64,000 nt of DNA from Bigelowiella natans CCMP2755 (taxonomy: Eukaryota > Protista > Cercozoa). The position numbers and the translations under genes are program-made. The notes under the pieces were generated by a model. The model did not search any database, had not been told where the DNA came from, and worked only from the letters and a program-made list of their open reading frames with translations. Below are positions 12,639-27,215 of the stretch, piece by piece (the stretch's first letter is position 1; each line of letters starts with the position of its first letter). The stretch lies in the NCBI GenBank assembly GCA_000320545.1, contig ADNK01002058.1, positions 1-64,000 on the forward strand, read 5' to 3'.

Positions 12639-13465
12639 ACTTTCCCAATGTTTTGTGTTCAAATCCTTCTCCCAAATCCACGAATCTTGCTGTGCACCCT
12701 TTATGAAAGTGTACCTACAGGGATCGCTGTTGAGATACGATGGGCGATTGTGGGCTGAATGCTCTGCGTTGACCTTCTTATGAAATGAGATCTCTTCTCT
12801 TACTCTCTTCTTCCAACTTAAACCCGCCCATCCTGGTACAAAATAGGCGATTCGCGAGCTTTGCGAGTCTCTTGTACATTCGTCACCGCCGATTAGCGAG
12901 GAAAATAAAGTCTGCGACCGGGAAAAGTCATTGTCGTTTTGGAACGAGACCCATGGAAACCGAGGAAAAAATTGGAGGAAATCTTCGTAGAGTACCATGG
13001 AGTACTCTATGTCGCAAGGAAGGAAATCACGCCAACTACAATGTGATGTGAGACAAAATCCTGGAGGTTTTCTTTGTGCGACTTCCCATCTGAAAAGAGA
13101 GAGGGCATTTTCTTCAAACCATATTTTCGTTACATTTTTTGTACTGGAAACGCAGATGGCCATTATGAATCTACATTCTGTACGAGATGACACGGATAAA
13201 AAGTTGCCACTCCAGCAGTTGCAGTGTGGAGGAAACGGGATGTTTGCAAAGGGCCGGAAATGGTAAATATTTTAACCATGAAATACCTATATTTAATTGG
13301 TCATTCGAGATCTAAATTCAGGAGAGACTCAAATCTTTGCTCAACATCCGATTTAGTGAGATGAGACTGGTGGGAGGAGAAGGAAGCGCATAGAGGATCT
13401 TGAGCTGCTACCTAAGAACCTTAGAGCCTTTTAATCAGTCCAAAGAATCAACTCGAAGCCATACC

Positions 13466-15953
13466 ATGGCGGCTGACGCAAAGATAGAAACGAAGAGTTT
13501 GGAAATACATCTCGTGCTCAGAGGATCGAATTTACCACGTAACTGATAGTTGAGCTATTCTCCAAGCCCTTCGTGTTTTGAATTCTGTAAATCTGATGCA
13601 ACTGAAATTTTGTACGTCGAAATCATTCTACCACGGACATCAACGCTTTGTTTTGTCAGACCCCTATGGCCGTATTCATGCAGTGGACACACATCCTTAC
13701 CTACAGCTATTGCAAATGGGTGGAGTACACACATGTGCATACACGTGTAACAACGCACATACAATACACGTACACACACACAGACTGACATCGTGTATCG
13801 TTTTTGGTATTTATTGTAACGTTTAAGAGATGTTTCACACCAAAAAATTGGGGAATCAGCAGCCTCACACGTGCTGCGTTCGAGATATCTTGAGATTGTA
13901 GATTTAGTTGAAACTACTACCTCTTCCACCTATAATCTTCATCTCGATAATACATTAGGGAAAGTTATTGCTAGCACTCCAGTAGCTGTGACGACACGAG
14001 ATCCGATATGGGCAAGGTATCGAACAACAGTTTCCACAATGTACATTAGGATACATCTTGCATACCAAACGTTGTGATATTTCGGATCTTTACTTGCTTT
14101 AGTCTCATGATCCCCGGAAATGCTCTCATGAAGAAGAAACTACTGACACTGAGGCTTATGATGCAAGAGGATGATCCATTCCCCGATAGTAACTCAATTA
14201 ATATCATCGAAATAATACAAGATATCAGAACAGCATCATTGACTAATTTACTTTCCTGTACATTCTCCGAAACACAGTTTTCATTGGGCAAACAGTGATA
14301 AAGACAAAGGATTTAGTCACAGCTTCAAAATTAAAAAAAGGTAGTTGTTCATTCGTGGTGCGCGTGCTTAAACACATCCCCCTTCGTGGGCAGCAGCGAA
14401 TTTGAGACTTCCCGCGAATGATTTTGCTTAGGTTTCCTAATAAATGATAAACGTGGAAATTCGATAAAGAACCAATCGTTACCCTCGTAAGTGTCAGCTG
14501 CAAACACGTTCTCCAACATTTCTAAATTCTGTGATTTTGGTGCACAACGAACATTGGCTTAACATTCATGGCCATCTTTTTAGGAAGCTCTACTTTGAAT
14601 CCGTTGACCTCGTTCAGCACCGAGTAGATAGAAATGGTAGCAATTTTATCTTTTTGTTAGCGTTAAGTATTTTCTGACGATATGCACAAAAGAGTACTAT
14701 TTACCCAATTGCCCCTCCCCCCTCCTTCCCCCCCCCAAAAATACATTCACGTACACATGTACGATTGTTTATTATACTGCCGATGCATAAATAATACGTG
14801 TTATGTGAATTCAAGGCCACGATTTGAAATTGAGGTGGACTCAGCGAGAGTTTCAAGCGTGGCTAGCCTCTTCCGGTCGTCAATTAATTCCCTACACAAT
14901 CCGACATCTCACTCCTTTCTTCCGTAGTTCCATATCATTCATGTGTTTATTGCATCTAACATCCACCACATCTTTTTCTATCTTCTTCCACATCTCTAAT
15001 TCCATAGGATTCAAGAAAATAAAGAGAGATGGCACATTGTCCACGCCTCGGGCAGTGCCTCTTCGAGACCCGCTAGAAGAAGGTTTAGCGTGCACGCAAT
15101 GAATTCCGATAACTGAGAAACTGCCACCTTCGTGATAGTTCGGTCTCTACACTTCATCTTCTTTTTGGGGTCTCGTTCGCAGTGGTTACGTTGTGTTTGC
15201 TCTTCTAAACATCTCTCTCTCTCCCTCCCTCTCTCTCTCTCTCCCTCTCTCCTCACTCTTTGTTACTGGGTTGTATCAGGCGACCACCTATTCTACCTGA
15301 AGCTAAGCTGCTTGGATCTTCCGCATTCCAGCAACAAGAAGATCAATCCATTCGTGAAAGTTTTCAAGGAAGGTGCTGCCACTGATTTGTAATAGTAGCC
15401 TGCATGTATGTATCTGCTGCTATTATTCGATGACTACAATGACGAAGCAACCACAGTGCCACCTCCATCATCATTCGTGAAAAAGCGGCTTGTATTTCTT
15501 TCCCTAATCTTTCTCTAACTATCAACATAGGTAAAGAGATTGAAACTACGGAGGTCCAGGTGGCCACCAGCAGGCCGAGCTTCGTGGCTTTGCGAATCAG
15601 CGAGAGGGAGTTCATCTCATCGGCGCCATTGACCTTCGAGGTAGAGGCTCAAGAGTTGACGTCGAAGATAACTCGGTGATTCTCATATTTCATGCAACTT
15701 TTACAACTTGCGTTGGTGATAAGGTGTATCACCGGGATGGGATATCCTCAACGCTCCTCGGCTCTGCGTCCGCAAGTCAACAATCTTTCTTTTCGCTCGA
15801 CGATGGCCAAGATGAGGTAGAGGCGCAGATTTGTGGGTCTATGCGTGAGATGTAATTGAGGGTAATTTATACTTACAGGCTGATGAGTTCATGGATGGCA
15901 ATGAGAAGTTATCTTCCTCAATGTATAATAGGAAACCACGGGTAATAAGGCTA

Positions 15954-15986
<33 letters not shown>

Positions 15987-17702
15987 GCAGGGCAGCATTA
16001 GACAAATCAGCGCCTCGTTTACCCTAGTGCCCCATCTCTACCGGTGTAGACTGTCGCTAACTTCGCCAAATGGATATCGTTGCAGACGTCAAGGCAAGGA
16101 AGCAAATTCTCAATCGGGTTCTCTCATGATAGTTGGCGTATGACGTTGCAGTTTTCCTTCTTTTTTCTACGGATCCATTCATCCCTTCCCCCCCCCCCCT
16201 CCTTTCCAGTTTTGAGAAACCGAGCCACCCTCTCCTTCTTAGGTCACCAAGATCAATGACAAAATCTGCCTCAAGACTGAGCGTATCCTCGCAGCCATCT
16301 CCAAAGCGAGTATCACGTATGAAAAGGATAAAGCTGCTACTTAATGGTATTTGTTGAGAGAAGCGGAGTTATATGTGAGTGTGTGCGTATGTGTTTTTTT
16401 AAAATATTTTTATTAACTACCCCACCACCGACATTGATTAACATTGCTATTGATTGCGTGAATTGAGGATACTTTTTATGCTCAGATTCGAACGGCCCAT
16501 TGCGCGGACCGAAAGAAAAGAAGTCTTACTTGGTGCTCAGAAACCTACTAATTCTATCTATTACCTTAAAGATGTGCGTCCGATTTGTGCTGGACGCAAG
16601 ATGATGTTTTGTCATATGCATGATTGATTACTTCCAAGTGTTTCGTATGTGCTAGTCAATTAATCAAGCAATATCACCATCATCACCATCATCATCATCG
16701 TTATCATCACCTCTTTATCCATCGCCGTCGTTATGATCAGTATCGTCGTCATTGTCGTCGTAACTAATCACTGCGCCTTGTCACCACTAGGTTATCGAAA
16801 GTGCGACACTGGTGTCCTGGAACGGCTCGAATAAGCTCTTGGAGCAATGGTATTGTTGAAATCCGCCAGACTCTCTCTCTCTCTCTCCTCTCTCCCTCCC
16901 TCCTTCACCTATGTTCGATTGGCTTCTGTTAATTATCATTTAAATATGTACTATTTGCCATCGTCGTTGTCACTAGGTCGAGTGCTTCTACATACCGGCA
17001 TATTACCCAAAAGTTGGAACAGGAGGGCCTTCCCGCCCGCAACGATAAAAAGGTTGGTTTCGGGTGCACATTAGCTTTAAGGCTCATCATCGTCATCGTC
17101 ACCATATCAGCTGTCATCCGCATCCCCACCCTCATTTCTGTCACTACAGTTGAAAATGATTGATGGGTAAAGTTCCTATCTGTCGTCCTTGTCATCATTA
17201 TCGTTGTCGTTGTCGTCGTCGTCGTCTGAATGTAAAAGTAAACTGCTGCCTTCCGCACGTGGCTGATAGGGTTCCTTCGTGGTTGTTCTCGCTTCTTTTT
17301 CTTCTTCTTCTTCTTCTCGTTGCTGCTGCTGTTGTTGTTTTTGCGTTAAAATTGTTGTGGGATGCATCAACGATTGATGCCTACCATGAAGAACTTTCGT
17401 CGCTCTTCGAGGGGAACAAGCGGAGGGAGTGGAGGGAAGGAAAGAGGCAGGGAGGAGGAGGAGGACCACAAACACCCTCGGATCGAAAGTCCCAAAACAG
17501 CCTCCTCATCATCGCGGGGGCTGTTCTTTGATAGCAGCCTACGTTCCATAGAAAGAGAATCATTATCACCTGTTGGAGAAAGGAATGGAAGACTGTCGCC
17601 GACACTCAGCGACGGGGAGCAGCAAGACCCTGCTCTTGCTACGCGTGTCGTAGCAGCGATCTCAGATGCAGTAGATGACTTTGAAGCGGTAGATCAAAAT
17701 GA

Positions 17703-17745
<43 letters not shown>

Positions 17746-17958
17746 ATGCAGCAATAGGAATTGAATGGGTTAGTAAGGACATTGTACGCGGGTGGTAGTC
17801 AGCATGTACTGGATAGAAAAAATTCGCCAGCATGTTCGCAGCAGAAATGAACGCTTAGCACTTGACAGGTCGAGCAGGCAATGCTTAAACTCGAAGGTAA
17901 GGAGGCTATACTTGAGGTACGTGGGAGAGAAGAGGAGAAAGAAGTGACAGAGGACGCC

Positions 17959-18001
<43 letters not shown>

Positions 18002-21000
18002 ACTTCGGTTTATGATGCAATGCCTGTACTCCGCACTTCATTGCCGGGTTTACTCCTCTAATGCATATGCTTCTTTTGATAGGAGGAAAGGCTTGTTGCT
18101 GGACTAAAAAAAAGGCTCGAAAATGAGAGGGCTTTGTTTGAGGAGGAGACGAAAAACCTGGAGATTCAGCGAATGTGATTTCCTTCCTACACATTGTCTC
18201 TTTATCGTCCTACTCTTCGCAAAAAGCATGTCCATATTTGATGCAAAGGAGAGAAAAGAAGAAGACATCATGAAATAATGATTTGCCTTCTCGAACAATC
18301 GTATAGATTAGAATAAGGAAAGCATTGTCATTTAGTAGTGTCGTCCTTACTCAGATTCCTGCGAGAGGAAGAAGAAAAACTGGCAAAGAAGAGGGCAGAG
18401 CTGAGAGAAGAATTCGCTAACGACGATTTCGCACTATCATATGAGGAGAGACTGGAGATGAATAGAAGAGAGTCAGAAAAGATCGATCTCCTTAAGGTAC
18501 TACAACACGGGAGATATGTTAAAGTAGCAGCGCTGTATTCTCTGGAAAAAGGAAACAGACACCGAACTCGGATCGATGATCTTTCAGTACATTAGTATTT
18601 TGGTCGTCTACTGCACAGAAATGCACTTGCCATTCTCACCTGATGCACGTATAACACCTCCTCCTCCTGCTGTCACATGATGTCAGACTGAGGTGGAGGA
18701 AATAAGAGAAAAGTTGCGCGAGGATGAGCGTACATTGGAGGCCAGAAAAGGTACGACGTAACGTTACCCCCTTAATTCAAAGTTATATTTACGCTGCCAC
18801 TTTGCTCATTTCCTGCTTATCTGTCTATTCCTCTATGTGTGGCGCAATAACCTCACCCTTCTCGCTGTTGTGTAGGACATCAGCAAGAAGCGACAGAGAA
18901 GCTGAAGAGTCAACAAGAAGCTCTTGAAAGTGATACATCCTTGTATCCATAGGAGGAAAAAATATATAATATTCATATATTATTATTATAATATATGATT
19001 ATTTCTAATGCAGGCGAAATGGAACAATTTCGATCCGAGAAAGAAAGCATACTCTCTCAGAGCAGGCTAGTTGAGGAGGAAGCTCTGAAAGAGAAACGCC
19101 GCCTCGAAATTGAGGTTGTGGAAGGAGGAAAATGAATGGGAGAGGGTGGGGGAGGGACAGAGGTGTATCCTTATCATTTTTCGCTAGCAAACCATTCGCA
19201 CTTATCAAGTTTATAATGTTCTTCCTCTCTAATTCCTTCAGCTTTCCAAGTACAAAAAGGACAACGATGACAGCTTGAGTGAGCACGCCAAGGTAAAGAA
19301 GTAAAAGTACTGGTACTCGTGTAAGGAGATTCGAGTAAAACGCGTAGGTCTTTGTGCGGAAGTATTGTACCATCTATTATCTTCCCCCTCTCTCTTCACC
19401 CTCCTAATGCTCCTTGGTATTCTCCCCTTTTCTGAGCAGATATCACGGCAGCTGAAAGACCTCAAACGGCGTGTTGCGCGGGATGCAAGAAAGGTAGTAA
19501 GACTGGTGGTGATGATGGACTGTTCAGCATGAAAAGCAACAACCCTCGCTCATCCGTCTATCCTCTTCTCTCTCCAATCGTGCAGATGGAATCAGCCCGG
19601 AAGGACGCAGCGCGAATGAAGGAGAAGATAAGAGAGCTGAATGAAGAACACGAATTTAGGTGATGCTTTTATCATCAGCATCCTGTTTAATTAAGAGAAA
19701 AAGGCAGTGCGAGAGAGAGATGGCAGTGGTTATAACGGCTCCTGCGCTCGCGTCAACGTGATATGTACTCATGAATACGTGTGTATCGTGTTGTGTCGTG
19801 TTGTGTTGTGTTGCTCTTGAATACCTGCTCGGTTTATAGAATGAACCAGATTAATGAACAAGAAGCGTCTGCCCAGGTATGGATATTATGTCGGATGTCT
19901 GTAGGATTTCGTAGAGAGAGAGAGAAAGAGAGAGAAGAGAGATGGGTGAAACATCGATGCGACTTCACAAATACATGGATCTTTACCAGCCCTTCATCTT
20001 ACCCTCCTCTCTCTCACTCACACACACACACACTCACACTCACACACGCACACGCACACGCACACCAGGAGCAGGAGGCGGAGCTAAAGCGAAAAAGACT
20101 GGAGATTCGAAGACTGGAAACAGAACGCAAGTCTGCAGTAAAAAGAGCTGAGGCCGCCGAAAAGGTTGCTGTGGTGTATTGTTTCGAGAAGTTATGACAA
20201 CGACGAAAGCAATAACTATAAACCACTCTCAGATAAATAGATTTTTTTTTTTTAAGTAATCACAAATAATATGCTCCCTTCATTTGCCTTCCCAGGATGC
20301 AGAAAAAGTGGCCATTATGGAGGCCGAACTAAGAGAGAAAGAGGTTCAAATTGAAAAAAAAGAGGAAGAGACGAGGAAGATGGGTGAAGAGCACGCGGCC
20401 GCGTTGAAAGGCCTCGATGGCCAAATTCGAAAGGTTTATACAGAAACTCTATATCAACGACTTTTGAAGATATAATTGTATTTTTGAATGCTGCAATTAT
20501 TTGTGAGATGATTTCATTTGGGATATTCCGCATTGAAAGTGCTGGCTGTACTTGTAGCTGAATGCAGCAAACGAAACTTTTCTTTGTCGAACAGCTTGAG
20601 GCTGAAAAAGGGCGTCTGCAGCAAGATCTGAAAGGCATCGGGATGTCCAAAGTAAGAGGCTTTTCTGGCGTGATGTTGTTGGTCTCCTCGTCCTTTCGAA
20701 TCGATCGCCGCAATTATTAACTTCATATATTCATTATAAATACCACGCGCAGCCCGAGATCGAACAGGAACGTGAGAGACTCGCGCAAGAGAGAGCGCGT
20801 ATAGACTCAGTGAATGTGCAGCTTCGTGAATATAAGGACCAACTTGAAGGGAAATCGAAGGAAATTGAGGCAAAATTGAAGGAACTTGAGGCTCGAAACA
20901 GTCAAGCAGAGATTGAAAGACAACGTCTAGAAAAAGAAAGCTACTCGCTTCAGGCAATGCGGGTACTCTTATGTACACAAACGCGCGCACACACACAAGA

Positions 21001-21002
21001 GG

Positions 21003-21045
<43 letters not shown>

Positions 21046-24000
21046 GGAGACTGCTTTTCTCGAAGTTCATTTGGTTGATTTTCCAAAAAATAAGCCAAAA
21101 TTGAGTTTCATTGTATATCGATATCATCGTATCACTCGTCGCCGTGCTGCCGTTTCACAACGCAATTCTGCATACTAAAATATGTAAACAGGAGAAAATT
21201 GAGGAGCAGTCCCGAGAGGCGGAAGAAACACAAAAGAAACTCGCTTTAAATCGTGACAACATGCAGCAAAGGATGATCGAAAATGCCCAAAAGCTTGAAG
21301 AGATGAAGCAGCGTCTGCGCAAAGATGCGGAGGAGCGCGAACAGGAAACTGGGATTAAACAAGAGTCTCTCCGCAATGAGAGGACTAGGATGGAGATGGA
21401 GAGAGAGATCCTCAATGCAAAGCTCTCCGGGTACGAGAGGGATGCGGCCAAGTTGAAAGAACAACGGGATGCAATGAAAGAGCAACGGGATGCAATGAAT
21501 CATCAGGCTGATTTAATGCAGAAGGAGGCACAAGAACTACAATTTAAAAAGAAGGAGTTGGAGAAATTTAAGGTACTACAGCTGCTAGATCGATAAACTA
21601 AATATCAGTGGTTTATGACTGTTCCCCTTCATTAATTGAGTACTCTCTTCCACTTTCGGAGCAGCACCACGACGACTAGCTGCAACACATCGACACGTCA
21701 AATACACCCTCGCATTAAAGCACATATGTAGCTGCAGATAAGCTCATACACATGAATATATACCTATAAGCTTGTGTGCTGGCTGGTGTATTTGAGCGAG
21801 CGGTGCATGTGAGCGTTGGATATTTAATCTACATCTGTCTAACCTGCAGACAATCCATCGGAACGAGGCCGAAGCTTTCGCAGAGGAGAAGAAGAACGTT
21901 GCTGCTGAGAGAGAGGAGCTACAGCAGAAACGGGAAGCCCTGGAGCGACTCATAGCCGAGGAGAAAGAAAAGGCGGCGCTGAAGGAGCAGATGGCTGCTC
22001 AGATTCAAGACAATGACGACGATATGAGCGACACTACTGTTGAGACGGATATATCCAACGTAAAAGGCAAGAAGATAGAGGACGAGGCCAAATCCCTCAA
22101 GGCCGCACAGTTAGCATTTGAGGAGCGGCAACAGCAATTTACCTTAGAAATGGAACAGAAGAAGGAGGAGCAGAAAGCGCGCGAACGTGAGCGGCAAGAG
22201 CAATTTACCTTAGAAATGGAACAGAAGAAGGGGGAGCAGAAAGCGCGCGAACGTGAGCGGCAAGAGCAATTTGCCTTAGAAATGGAGAGGAGGAAGGAGG
22301 AGCAGGAAGCGCGCGAACGTAAGCAGCAAGAGCAATTTACCTTGGAAATGGAGAGGAGGAAGGAAGAACTGAAAGCACTCGAACGTGAGCAGCAAGAGAA
22401 GTTTGCCTTGGAATTGAAACAGAAGGAGGAGGAGCAGAAAGCACTCGAACTTGAGCGAAAAGAGTTCGAGATCAAGCGTATTGAGTTCGAGGAGGAGGTG
22501 AAGAAGCTCAAGGCTGAGCTCAAAGCAAAGGTCAATGAGGTGGAGGCGAGGAAGATGGAACATGATAGTCAAGCAAAGAAGCAGTATGACGAGCTGTTGC
22601 AGGCTCGTATCGACATGAAACAGCAGATGTTGAAGGCAGCCCGAGAACGCGAGATGGCTGCTGCCGCAGAGAAGGTTGATGAAAGTGGTTGGAATGCGAT
22701 GATGAAGGAGGTGGAGCAACTTCATGACGATGAGAGCGCAAGCTACATATCGAGTGTGGTGACTGGTGTTGGAGATGAGAGGAAGAAGAAGGGAAATAAC
22801 CTCCCAGAGCAACAGACAAGTGCTTTCCAAAGTGTGGATTTTCGCGACGCCTCTGATCATCATGAGGACGATCTCAATGAAGAACAAGGTCGTGGGAGCG
22901 TCATCAAGTTCATCGCTGATGAGGAATTGGTTGACTCGATCCATGTCCCTACGACAGGACCCCACATTGATGACGAAGAAGTGACAGCTGCTGCTGCTGC
23001 TGCTTTTGCAAACAGCATTGCGGAAGAGGATGAAACGGAGCCGCATGAGGAAATGAAAGCCGTCGCAAACAGCACTACGATCGAGAGGAAAGAGGATGCT
23101 GAAGTAGAAGCTGCCGCTGATGTTGTTGCCAACAGCAATGCGATGGAGGGTGAAGAGCACAAAATTGAGCCGAATGAGGAGGTGGAAGCTGCTGACGCTG
23201 CTGTCGCCAACAGCATTGCGGCAGAGAGTAAAGAGGATGCGGATGCTGAAGTGAAAGCAGATCCCGCCGCTGCTGTTTCCAACAGCAATACGATGGGGAG
23301 TGAAGATGATGTTGCGGAGCCGCATGAGGAAGTGAAAGCCGTCGCAAACAGCACTACGATCGAGAGGAAAGAGGATGCTGAGGTAGAAGCTGCCGCTGAT
23401 GTTGTTGCCAACAGCAATGCGATGGAGGGTGAAGAGCACAAAATTGAGCCGAATGAGGAGGTGGAAGCTGCTGACGCTGCTGTCGCCAACAACATTGCAA
23501 TGGAAAGTAAAGAGGATGCGGAAGCGAAAGCTAGCGCCGCTGCTTTTGCCAATAACATTGCGATGGATAGTGAAGATGATGTAACGGATATGACGGAGGC
23601 GCACGAGGAAGTGAAAGCTGCCGACGCCGTTGTTGCCAACAGCATTGCGGCGGAGAGTAAAGACGATGCGGGTGCTGAGGTGAAAGCTGCCGCTGCTGCT
23701 GTAGCCAATAAGATTGCAGTGGAGAGTGAAGAGGATATAACGGAACCACATGAGGAAGTAAAAGCTGCCTCGGCGGATTTCCCCAACAGCATTGCGGTAG
23801 AGAGTGAAGAGGATATAACGGAGCCACATGAGGAAGCTGCCGCGGCTGCTTTTCCCAACAGTATTGAAGTGGGGAGTGAGGAGCATAAAATGGAGCCGGA
23901 TGAGGAAGTGGAAGCTGCCGCCGCTGCTTTTGCCGATAGCATTGCGATGGACAGTGAAGATGATGTAACGGAACCGCATGAGGAAGCTGCAGCTGCTGCT

Positions 24001-25032
24001 TTTCCCAACAGTATTGAGGTGGAAGGTGAAGAGCACAACATTGAGCCGAATGAGGAGGTGGAAGCTGCTGACGCTGCTGTCGCCAACAACATTGCAATGG
24101 AAAGTAAAGAGGATGCGGAAGCGAAAGCTAGCGCCGCTGCTTTTGCCAATAACATTGCGGTGGATAGTGAAGATGATGTAACGGATATAACGGAGGCGCA
24201 CGAGGAAGTGAAAGCTGCCGACGCTGTTGTTGCCAACAGCATTGCAATGGAAAGTAAAGAGGATGCGGAAGCGAAAGCTAGCGCCGCTGCTTTTGCCAAT
24301 AACATTGCGATGGATAGTGAAGATGATGTAACGGATATAACGGAGGCGCACGAGGAAGTGAAAGCTGCCGACGCCGTTGTTGCCAACAGCATTGCGGCGG
24401 AGAGTAAAGACGATGCGGGTGCTGAGGTGAAAGCTGCCGCTGCTGCTTTTGCCAATAACATTGCGATGGATAGTGAAGATGATGTTACGGAGGCGCACGA
24501 GGAAGTGAAAGCTGCCGACGCTGTCGTTGCCAACAGCATTGCGGTGGAGAGTGAAGAGGATATAACAGAACCACATGAGGAAGTAAAAGCTGCCTCGGCG
24601 GATTTCCCCAACAGCATTGCGGTGGAGAGTGAAGAGGATATAACGGAACCACATGAGGAAGTAAAAGCTGCCTCGGCGGATTTCCCCAACAGCATTGCGG
24701 TAGAGAGTGAAGAGGATATAACGGAGCCACATGAGGAAGCTGCCGCGGCTGCTTTTCCCAACAGTATTGAAGTGGGGAGTGAGGAGCATAAAATGGAGCC
24801 GGATGAGGAAGTGGAAGCTGCCGCCGCTGCTTTTGCCAATAGCATTGCGATGAGCAGTGAAGAGGATATAACGGAGCTGCATGACGATAAACAGGAATTG
24901 CGAGAGAACAAAACGGAACCGGAAGAGCGCAAGAGAGAGCCGCAAGGACCACCATTGCATCTCCAAAAACTTCTGGAAGAACAGCCTAGACGCAGAAACA
25001 GAAAGGAAGAAGTATTAGAGGTGGAACTCTGA
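13466..25032 (+). CDS. Very large multi-exon protein: N-terminal C2-like domains, long coiled coil, C-terminal acidic tandem-repeat region (could be two genes)
   Basis: Exons MAADAKIETKSLEIHLVLRGSNLP, DPYGRI, KVIASTPVAVTTRDPIW, FYLKLSCLDLPHSSNKKINPFVKVFK, KEIETTEVQVATSRPSF..LTFE|VY are C2-like. Many E/K/R-rich exons lie at 18.3-21.6 kb. The terminal exon contains the 1013-aa ORF 21991-25032. Exon continuity over 16-18 kb was not fully phased. Confidence 0.6.
22120..22460 (+). repeat. Coding tandem repeat, 66 bp / 22 aa unit (ERQEQFTLEMEQKKEEQKARER), about 5 copies
   Basis: gagcggcaagagcaatttaccttagaaatgga... and close variants recur at 66-nt spacing. Confidence 0.9.
22970..24885 (+). repeat. 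Coding mosaic minisatellite array encoding E/A/D-rich units of about 21-28 aa (EPHEEVKAA..ANSIAVESEEDIT)
   Basis: ANSIA/ANNIA and EPHEE/EAHEE units recur throughout. Higher-order near-identical blocks include 23038 vs 23317 (279 nt apart) and about 23.72-23.95 kb vs 24.62-24.85 kb. Confidence 0.92.
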
Positions 25033-25084
25033 TGGGCTCTGGTCAATTTCAATATTATGCATGCCCCCCCATTACATTGCAAGC

Positions 25085-25124
<40 letters not shown>

Positions 25125-25156
25125 CGGATGTAATGAAATGTTTAAATTTTTTCAAT

Positions 25157-25195
<39 letters not shown>

Positions 25196-25921
25196 CGCGA
25201 CAGTGAGGCACGCTCCCATAAATTGCATTGACTGCGGCACTGCGGCAATAGTCAAGTAGGATAGAATTCTCCACATACAAGTGTACATGAGTGGGCTGCG
25301 AACTTAAAAATAAACAAGCGAAAGGTGCGCATTTTACTGGGTGTATGATGTTGATTTTAAATTTATATACATCGCAACTTTTTGTTGTTAAAGATGGCCC
25401 TTTTTTTGTCAAAATGAACATGACAGTGCGTGCAAGCAGACATGCACAACAGGCAGCTGCGCTGATTGCGCATTGGCGCTCCCACGCTCCCACAGACTAG
25501 CACTGCCAACTACATTGCGAACATGCTCAACACAACATATTGCTACGTTTGCATCAGTGTGGCTAGAGTACCAAATCAGGGCGTAGCAACGACGAAATGG
25601 CTATCTCTTTGCGTGCGAGCATAGGAGACGATAATAGACACAGCAATACACTATATATATTATATATATTGTGTATTGTGTATTGCATGTCTAGCTATCA
25701 TGACGGACATGAAATTGTACTATCAGCGGTGCCGGGGCTTGACCGCTTCATGTGTATACAACGCCAGCCCAATCTATTTATTTATTTATGCGACTTTATT
25801 GCCGTGTGATAAACAGATAGCCACAAAACAGCAAATACGTGTGAACTACTCAGCATTATGACTTGTCTGCTGTGTATGTCACCATCTAAACGTCGCAGCA
25901 TCGCCATCGTCGTTGTCACTA

Positions 25922-26899
25922 TCAACCTTGTCGCTCAAGGAGATAGCGAATGGAATGCGCGATCGAAGATAAAGAAATGATAGGAGAATGTATGGGTGTT
26001 TGCGAAGACGACGATGACGATGATGAGGACGATTTTGACCCTCTTACTGCGGCGCCATTCTTCCTCGTGCGATCGGCCTCGCTGCCATCTTTACTATTAT
26101 CAACATCGTCTACCAGTTGCAAATCGGCTACGAGAGAGATGTGATCTGAGGGATATTGCTGGTTGGGGAGACGGTCAGGGCAGCTGCCTACAATCGCCTA
26201 GTAGTACATAGAGTAGTAGTAATGTGTCAGTGAAACGTGTGTCAGTCGGCACAAGCCATTCGAGGAGAGAAAGAGTGGAAAGAGAGCGGGGGGGGGATGC
26301 GAGTGCTCCGATAATTTTTCTAATATCTCTCCGGCTGCTTCATTTAGCATTTTCGAGAGAACCACGCAACACACACACAAACACACACACACACATTCAC
26401 ATATTGTCCCATATTCCATCTCCTTGATTATAGTGCATGCATAAATGTGTCTGTTGTGCGTGCGTGCGAGAGTGTGGTGCGCGCATCTCTCATCGAGCAA
26501 AGCCTCATCACCAGTACACTTGCTTCAGGCAATAGTTGCCTTTGTTACTACATAATGATAATAATAATAATGATAATAATAATTGTATTTCTACTATTAC
26601 TACTACTACTACTTCTACTACTACTATGAAACTACCTCTGGTGGCACTTGAAGGACGCGTAACACTTTAATTCTCCCCAAATATAGGATGTAGTCAAATA
26701 TTGTCTGATATTGTTCAATGCTTCCTTGAGACGATGGGGACAACGCGTTATATCATCAATATCATCAGATATCGACGACCTTCACTTCGCAATCCGTCCA
26801 TGCCCCCCAATGTGTGTACCCTGGCTCGCGTCCTAAGAAACCGTATGAGAGCGGGAGAGGAGGGGGGGGGGAGAGAGGAAGTGAGAAAGAGAGAGAGAA

Positions 26900-26936
<37 letters not shown>

Positions 26937-27177
26937 TGTGCCATGTACTCATACCGTACGCGTTCTTGAAACCACAATGCTTGAGAAACGAATAGACAAT
27001 TGGCTTTATGTTGTCATACGTCTCAACGTGCGAGTTAAGGTCCCCGCAGAGTATCACATCTGAGCAGGATGAGGAGGAAAAAGAGGAGGAGGGGGAGGGA
27101 ACATAAGAATTTTGAAAAGCGACGAGAGACTTTTCTTCTTCATAGATGTCACACACACAAGTATAAAATATTCATAT

Positions 27178-27215
<38 letters not shown>

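Noticed and set aside
12639-13193. 185-codon in-frame extension upstream of the CDPK (ORF 12264-13193)
   Set aside because: No recognisable domain. MGHHHS at 12638 fits the usual CDPK MG start, and the extension covers the divergent promoter. Not fully excluded without 5' data.
22970-24885. Repeat array as possible CRISPR or satellite DNA
   Set aside because: Units are in-frame coding and degenerate, with no unique spacers and no cas genes; the context is eukaryotic.
22276-25082. Antisense ORFs of 896 aa and 740 aa
   Set aside because: Shadows of the E/A/D-rich repeat exon: the repeated sense sequence lacks TTA/CTA/TCA in those frames, and the products are low-complexity.
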